From Macrostomum lignano (lineage: Eukaryota), in NCBI GenBank assembly GCA_002269645.1, contig NIVC01001502.1, forward strand, positions 177,571 to 241,570: DNA of 64,000 bases, written 5' to 3'. The notes beneath the pieces were generated by a model, which saw nothing but the letters and a program-made list of their open reading frames with translations, was not told the DNA's origin and did no database searches. Each line of letters opens with the position of its first letter. The first letter of the stretch is position 1. Positions 60,001 to 64,000 of the stretch are shown piece after piece. Both the position numbers and the translations under genes were made by a program.

Positions 60001-63000
60001 AAATCGAGGGACTTCGCGTGGAGCAGCGACTGCGAGCGAGCGTTCCGCGAGTTGAAGGACCGGCTGACGACAGCTCCGGTGCTGAGACTGCCAGATTTCA
60101 CCAAGCAGTTTGTGCTCAGCTGCGACAGCAGTCAGTTCGCCGTCGGCGCGGTGCTCAGCCAGCTGCACGGTGACGCCGAGCTGCCTGTGGCGTTCGCCTC
60201 TCGCACCCTCAACAAGGCCGAGCGCAACTACTCGGCGACCGACCGCGAGCTGCTGGCGCTTGTCTGGAGTTTGAAGCACTTCAGGACGTACCTGCTGAGT
60301 GTTCCGAGCTTCAGAGTCTACTCGGACCACCGGCCACTGCAAGGTCTGCTGGCAACGAAGGACCCCGAAGGTCGGCTGGCGCGATGGCTTTCTACGCTGC
60401 AGCAGTTTTCGTTCGAGCTGCTGTACCGGCCTGGCATGGACAACGTCGTGCCGGATGCGCTGAGCCGGGTGGCCGGCACGCGCCTGCAGCCTCGGTGGGA
60501 CGACAGCCGCCTGCACGAGGAGCAACTGCAAGATCCGCTGCTGAGCAAGGCGTTCCAGGCGCTGACCGAAGGGATTGACAGCCTGTCCGATTCATGGGCG
60601 GCGCAGGTTCGCGAGCTGCTGGACGAGGCCTCGGTGAGCTCGGCGGGAGTCCTGCTGGTCGGTGGCCGGCCAGTCATTCCCGGTCACCTGCGGCCACATT
60701 TCCTGCAGCAGGCGCACTCGTGTGACCAGAGCGGACACCTCGGCGTCGACAAGACCGGAGCGAGATTGTCTGAGCGCTGCTGGTGGCCTGGTCTGCGACG
60801 GGACGTCGAGAACTGGGTGGCCAGCTGTGCGGTCTGCCTGGCCAAGAAGAGTCCAACCAAGCCGCAGAAGGCGCCGCTACAGTCGACGTGCCAGCCGACG
60901 GCTCCGTGGCGGCTGGTGCAGATCGACATCAAAGGGCCGCTTCCGCGTACGACTGATGGCAAAGCGTACATCCTGAGCATGTGCGACGCCTTCTCCAAGT
61001 GGATGGAGACGGCAGCCCTGGCGGCAATCGACGCGGTTACGGTGGCGGATGCGCTGCTCAAGTCGGTGGTTCTGCGTCACGGCGCTCCTCAGGTGCTGCA
61101 CAGTGACCAGGGACGGCAATTCGAGAGCGAGGTGTTCGGCCGGCTCTGCGAGAAGCTGGGCGTCGAAAAGACGCGCACGTCGCCGTTTCATCCGAGCGGC
61201 AACGGAATCGTCGAGCGAGGCAACCGGACGCTCGGCGATATGCTGGCGACGACGGTGGCCGAGAACCAGCAGGATTGGGACAGCAAGCTGCCATATGTGA
61301 CCTGGGCCTACAACACCTCCGTGCACAGCACCATCGGCCTCAGTCCGTACCAGGTCCTCCACGGCTGGCCACCGAGGCTGGATCTCGACAGCTGGCTGAT
61401 AAGCGGCGACCGGCCGGCAGCCGACGGTGGACATCACGGCTTCCTGCGGCGGACTCAGGAGAACCTGCAGAGCGCCTTCGACACGGTGCACGGCCGACTG
61501 CGGAGCGCCCAGGCCGAGCGCAACCGGCTGGCCAACCAGGACTCTCGGTTTGTGCCGTTCGAAGAGGGCCAGCTCGTGATGCTGCGCAACTCCGTCGTCA
61601 AGCGCGGCCAGACGCGGTGTTTGAGCGCCAAGTGGAAGGGGCCGTACCGAGTCCTGAGGCGCCTGGGCGAGGTCAATTACCGCATCCAGGACGAGACCGG
61701 CCGCAGGCGCCGGCTGGTGGTGCACCACGACCGCCTCAAGTGCTTCGTGCAGCGGCGGGCGTCACTGGAGCTTCCGGCCGCAGCAGACCACCAGCCGCCG
61801 GCCGCCGACTTCGACAACGACGACACCGTCGCTGAGCCGCCCGGGCAGGCGACCGATCCTGGCGGCGACGCGGTGACCTTCTGGCCCGAGCTGCAGGCAG
61901 ACGAGGCACCCGAGGAGCAGCCGGCGGCACCGGCCGAGCCGGTCACGGTTCCGCGGCGGTCGGCGAGAGAGCGGCGGCCACCTGACTTGTACATGGCGGG
62001 CTTTGCTTGACTCTGGAACTGTCTTTTGCTTCTAGGGGGAAAGTAGTGTAGTCTGGCTTGTTGGTGCGCGTGCACTTAGATGTGCACGTCTGGCTGGTTT
62101 GGGGGTTGGGGTTTAGCGCTGCGGCGTGTGCGTGCTTAGGGTGGTTACACCCACCCCAACTTTGGCAATAAATATATTGGCGTGAGCCAGTGAGGTCTCC
62201 TCACGTTTTGTTATTCTCTGCAATTCAACCCACGGTCTTACAAAGCCAATAATTCGAGCATTCTTGCTTTCTAGTAAAGCTGGCCTCCTGTCCAAAGGAT
62301 GACGTAGTGGAGACCGGTCCGTGTCACCGCGGCTTCCGCACGAATATAATCTATCAATACACACGCGACCTGGAGGGCCGTTGCGCTCGCGCCGAAAAGT
62401 CTGTTACCGAAGAGTGCAAAGGCAGCACTGCTGGTAACTACGAACACTATGTTTTCGTACTTTACGCTCGTATACTCGTACAGTTGAGAGATGATCATAG
62501 GACTGCTGTCAGGCCAAGTGAGAATGTGGGCATCCACAAATGGCACTGCATGCGTAGTTAGCCCGTGTCCCTGTATAGTTAGCGGAACTCTAGCTGGTTT
62601 CAACGCGGGATAGAGGTATGTTCAAATTTTAAATTGCACCTACGGTGACGGTGTCAAATATAGATTTGTAGACAGGAATACAGACATGAGTTGGATCCCT
62701 GTCAGTGGAATCCCAGTCAATGGAATTCCAGATGGAAATTCTCCTCCGTGGATTAGACGGTTAAATATGACGGCCAAAGTATGATCCGAATCGCGTCATG
62801 AATAATTATTGTATGCTTGCCCTAACAACCATTCACCTAGACTGTTTGCCTCCATCTCGTAAGCTGGCCAAACCGTGCTCAGCCTCTGGATTCGAGCGCT
62901 GGCTAACCACATACTATGTTTATAACAAGCTCAAGAAGCGCTGCGTGAGGAAGCTTCGAGTTAAAGAAGTTTCCTGTCATCGAGTGAAAAGTAAGCAGCT

Positions 63001-63682
63001 AGCGTACTGTGTCAAATGTACATGAGATAATACAAACTGACGCTTAAATAATAATTAAAACCAAAGTCAGTCTCTAAATTCAGACAAAACAGAACGCTTC
63101 CTCGCCCCAACAAACCGCAGAGTGCCCAACGCCGCGGGTGATCGAGCCCAGCCCCTGTAGCAAAGGCAAGCAGCGCCTGCTGATTGAGCACTACGAGCTG
63201 GACGCTAAGCTGGGCCGCTGTCGAATGAAGCAAGATTACGTAAATAGAAAATGCGGCAAGCCAACGAAGCGACAGGCCGCAGCGGCCAAGCACCACTGTC
63301 CGGACTCACTTATCATCAGAAGCCCTGCCGGAAGGACGGCTACCGGAGCGTTCTGAAGATCTATTATCGATACAACTCGGCCAAAGGTCGATGCGTTAGA
63401 AACGTTCGAGTCGACGACGAGAAATGCAGCCGATTGGGTAAGGATTCTGCTACAATGCATTTGTATATTACGCATATTGATAGCTATATAACTACAATTC
63501 CTTCTCACAAAGTCGCCACGCGAGCCACCTGCAAAGCCGACGAGATGGTCGAAGAGGGCCCCTGCAAGAAGGGATTCCGGGAGAACATCATCTACAGGTA
63601 CGAAAGGAACAAAGACGGCAGCTGCGTGAGGAAGGAGCGTCGAGTCAGCCTGGCTTGCGTTGAAAAGAAGGTTGTACCTTAG
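51069..63682 (+). CDS. Secreted Lys/Arg-rich protein of about 20 four-Cys modules. Predicted exons: 51069-51168, 51528-51683, 52705-53040, 53136-53780, 53867-54028, 54102-54272, 54374-54715, 56383-56544, 56623-56793, 56895-57236, 62275-62433, 62841-62990, 63121-63437 (1-bp frameshift at about 63306), 63513-63682
   Basis: Exon 1 encodes a signal-peptide-like stretch (MRRQRLLPPILLLLALILLLLDCGQC). Every later exon is bounded by AG/GT in phase 1 and encodes one to four modules of C-x8-10-C-x~20-25-C-x10-C, e.g. CPKPRVLEPGPCTDGRTRVLVAHYEPDPKTGRCKEQRTFTVKTC. Family not recognised. Confidence 0.8.
57296..57491 (+). repeat. 5' LTR (196 bp)
   Basis: tgtagtctgg...ggtcttaca, identical to 62047-62242; AATAAA at 57416-57421. 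Confidence 0.97.
57493..57505 (+). promoter_or_regulatory. Primer-binding site complementary to the tRNA-Leu 3' end
   Basis: TGGTGGCAGCGGT one base after the LTR is the complement of ACCGCUGCCACCA, the 3' end of eukaryotic tRNA-Leu(AAG/TAG) as recalled. Confidence 0.8.
57512..58306 (+). CDS. gag: Gag, 264 aa
   Basis: PPKFSG..WL..FE capsid-like start and two CCHC zinc knuckles (CFSCGEPGHIARRC, CSRCSGKGHSAAVC). Confidence 0.92.
   Translation: MAKSEQASLLPPKFSGDSNVRMWLSTFEDFADDCEWDDKKKAKKLRLLVTGEAQIFVWEQPADVSASYERLKEKLIECFGNSLSCYRAMEEFEERKRQPNESLRELAYSLKLLHLRARPDDSVAAREKDVKFRLMRLLPSAVRDALLKDQDADSCSLAAIVDRAAQLELVSHATTASSAAVSVEDRRLSQLEQQMQQLTASVRTGPPGRDRRQKGPIRCFSCGEPGHIARRCPKAIGSRCSRCSGKGHSAAVCPTPTGQPQGNF
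58294..62010 (+). CDS. pol: Pol polyprotein PR-RT-RNaseH-IN in the -1 frame (open frame starts 58204), probably expressed by ribosomal frameshift
   Basis: LLDTGA protease, YIDD reverse transcriptase, RNase H (CDSSQFAVGAVL, ELLAL, YSDHRPL), HHCC finger, DDE integrase (IDIKG, SDQG, VERGN) and GPY/F motif. Domain order is Gypsy. Confidence 0.95.
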   Translation, partial: GKLLRVGSLGPAPTRSKGALRSAPSVFVKVHFGSVSAPALLDTGAQVSLMDKSLFDRLQCKIDSTDIGALPTAVDGSRLRCLGLSAADVSIGQTIRVRHRFTVVDGIQPSLIIGMDFIGEVSQAMTIDIKEGVVRFDGTAVPFSSEPARADCRLVPSVLVARVAATTELPARSEKLVWLKVDSSGEQGVFEPSEDFVKSTAVLPGRVLAVSDDCRIPVKMCNLAEEPVLLYANKAVGTFEGAMTDGDGRQEAAQENPVGWNINAELPEPDAARLRQLLESNEDLFARHEYDLGTTALLQHQIELEPGARPHRQVQRRLPLSVRDQVDKKIGQMLESGIIEPSTSPWASNLLVVRKKNGDIRLCTDWRQLNACTVKDAYPLPHLQQAMDALVGCSWFSTIDCRQGYHQVEVAEEDRYKTAFYSTRGLMQFCKMGFGMCNAPATFQRLMELVMSGLSWESVLTYIDDIIVFSRTFDEHLERLAEVFKRLRDAGLKLHKAKSAFGHRRVLYLGHLISEQGIAPDPGKVEAIRSMPSPTTNEEVKRFLGMLGFYRRFIRGFSQTARVLHDVSVKSRDFAWSSDCERAFRELKDRLTTAPVLRLPDFTKQFVLSCDSSQFAVGAVLSQLHGDAELPVAFASRTLNKAERNYSATDRELLALVWSLKHFRTYLLSVPSFRVYSDHRPLQGLLATKDPEGRLARWLSTLQQFSFELLYRPGMDNVVPDALSRVAGTRLQPRWDDSRLHEEQLQDPLLSKAFQALTEGIDSLSDSWAAQVRELLDEASVSSAGVLLVGGRPVIPGHLRPHFLQQAHSCDQSGHLGVDKTGARLSERCWWPGLRRDVENWVASCAVCLAKKSPTKPQKAPLQSTCQPTAPWRLVQIDIKGPLPRTTDGKAYILSMCDAFSKWMETAALAAIDAVTVADALLKSVVLRHGAPQVLHSDQGRQFESEVFGRLCEKLGVEKTRTSPFHPSGNGIVERGNRTLGDMLATTVAENQQDWDSKLPYVTWAYNTSVHSTIGLSPYQVLHGWPPRLDLDSWLISGDRPAADGGHHGFLRRTQENLQSAFDTVHGRLRSAQAERNRLANQDSRFVPFEEGQLVMLRNSVVKRGQTRCLSAKWKGPYRVLRRLGEVNYRIQDETGRRRRLVVHHDRLKCFVQRRASLELPAAADHQPPAADFDNDDTVAEPPGQATDPGGDAVTFWPELQADEAPEEQPAAPAEPVTVPRRSARERRPPDLYMAGFA
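62034..62046 (+). promoter_or_regulatory. Polypurine tract
   Basis: agggggaaagtag immediately before the 3' LTR. Confidence 0.85.
62047..62242 (+). repeat. 3' LTR (196 bp)
   Basis: Identical to the 5' LTR and followed by TSD AAGC. Confidence 0.97.
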
Positions 63683-64000
63683 GCCTATGCAGTACGCAAA
63701 AGAACAGGCTATATGCTCAATCATTTTACAGTTCACGATGGAAACAGTTATACCGAGTATATATTTTTGCTGACAGTGAAATTCAAACCTTATTTAATCG
63801 GTTTTTTCCTTTTAATGTTAGTGGTTGTAGTTGGTTAAGTTCTAAATAAACAATTACACATAACAATAATAAGTGCGCACTTTCAATTTGAGAAATCGAT
63901 CTGAAAGTCCGCCATCGGTGATTGGTTGGCTCCAAAATTCTCGTCCATTATGTTTAATTCAGCACTTGAAATCGTAAAATCCGAATAAAAATCTGTGTAT

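Larger units (their letters stand above)
57296..62242 (+). mobile_element. Full-length Ty3/Gypsy LTR retrotransposon, 4947 bp
   Basis: Two identical 196-bp TG...CA LTRs, 4-bp TSD AAGC (57292-95 / 62243-46), PBS, PPT, intact gag and pol. Confidence 0.98.

Noticed and set aside
57552-62075. Antisense and alternative-frame ORFs over gag/pol, TRP and ENaC
   Set aside because: Shadow ORFs expected from GC-rich codon usage.
1-64000. tRNA or rRNA genes
   Set aside because: No cloverleaf with A/B boxes or rRNA signature recognised; the only tRNA-related sequence is the retrotransposon PBS.

Overview
Eukaryotic (metazoan, invertebrate) genomic DNA with GT-AG introns, GC-rich exons, AT-rich spacers and many minisatellites; the style suggests a flatworm such as Macrostomum, which is inference only. 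Left to right: two MITE/foldback-like relics and a decayed Gypsy integrase; an intronless DEG/ENaC channel gene (-); a multi-exon ankyrin/TRPA-like channel gene (-); a complete 7-exon G-protein alpha-s gene (-, 375 aa); a 14.6-kb DNA transposon (36264-50876); a multi-exon gene for a secreted, basic protein built of about 20 four-cysteine modules (+); and an intact, very young Ty3/Gypsy LTR retrotransposon (57296-62242) in one of that gene's introns. The standout is the 14.6-kb element. It sits precisely between AAA and TTT with no target-site duplication (Spy-like, PHIS group). Its terminal inverted repeats are kilobase arrays of a 161-bp unit (about 25 copies left, about 42 right), and each unit carries a four-run G4 motif. 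Its single intact ORF fuses a C2H2 finger, an HTH, a Harbinger/ISL2EU-type DDE transposase and a degenerate SWIM finger to a C-terminal ubiquitin-specific protease (USP/C19) domain with an apparently intact Cys-His-Asp triad. All domain calls are by visual motif recognition; no searches were run.
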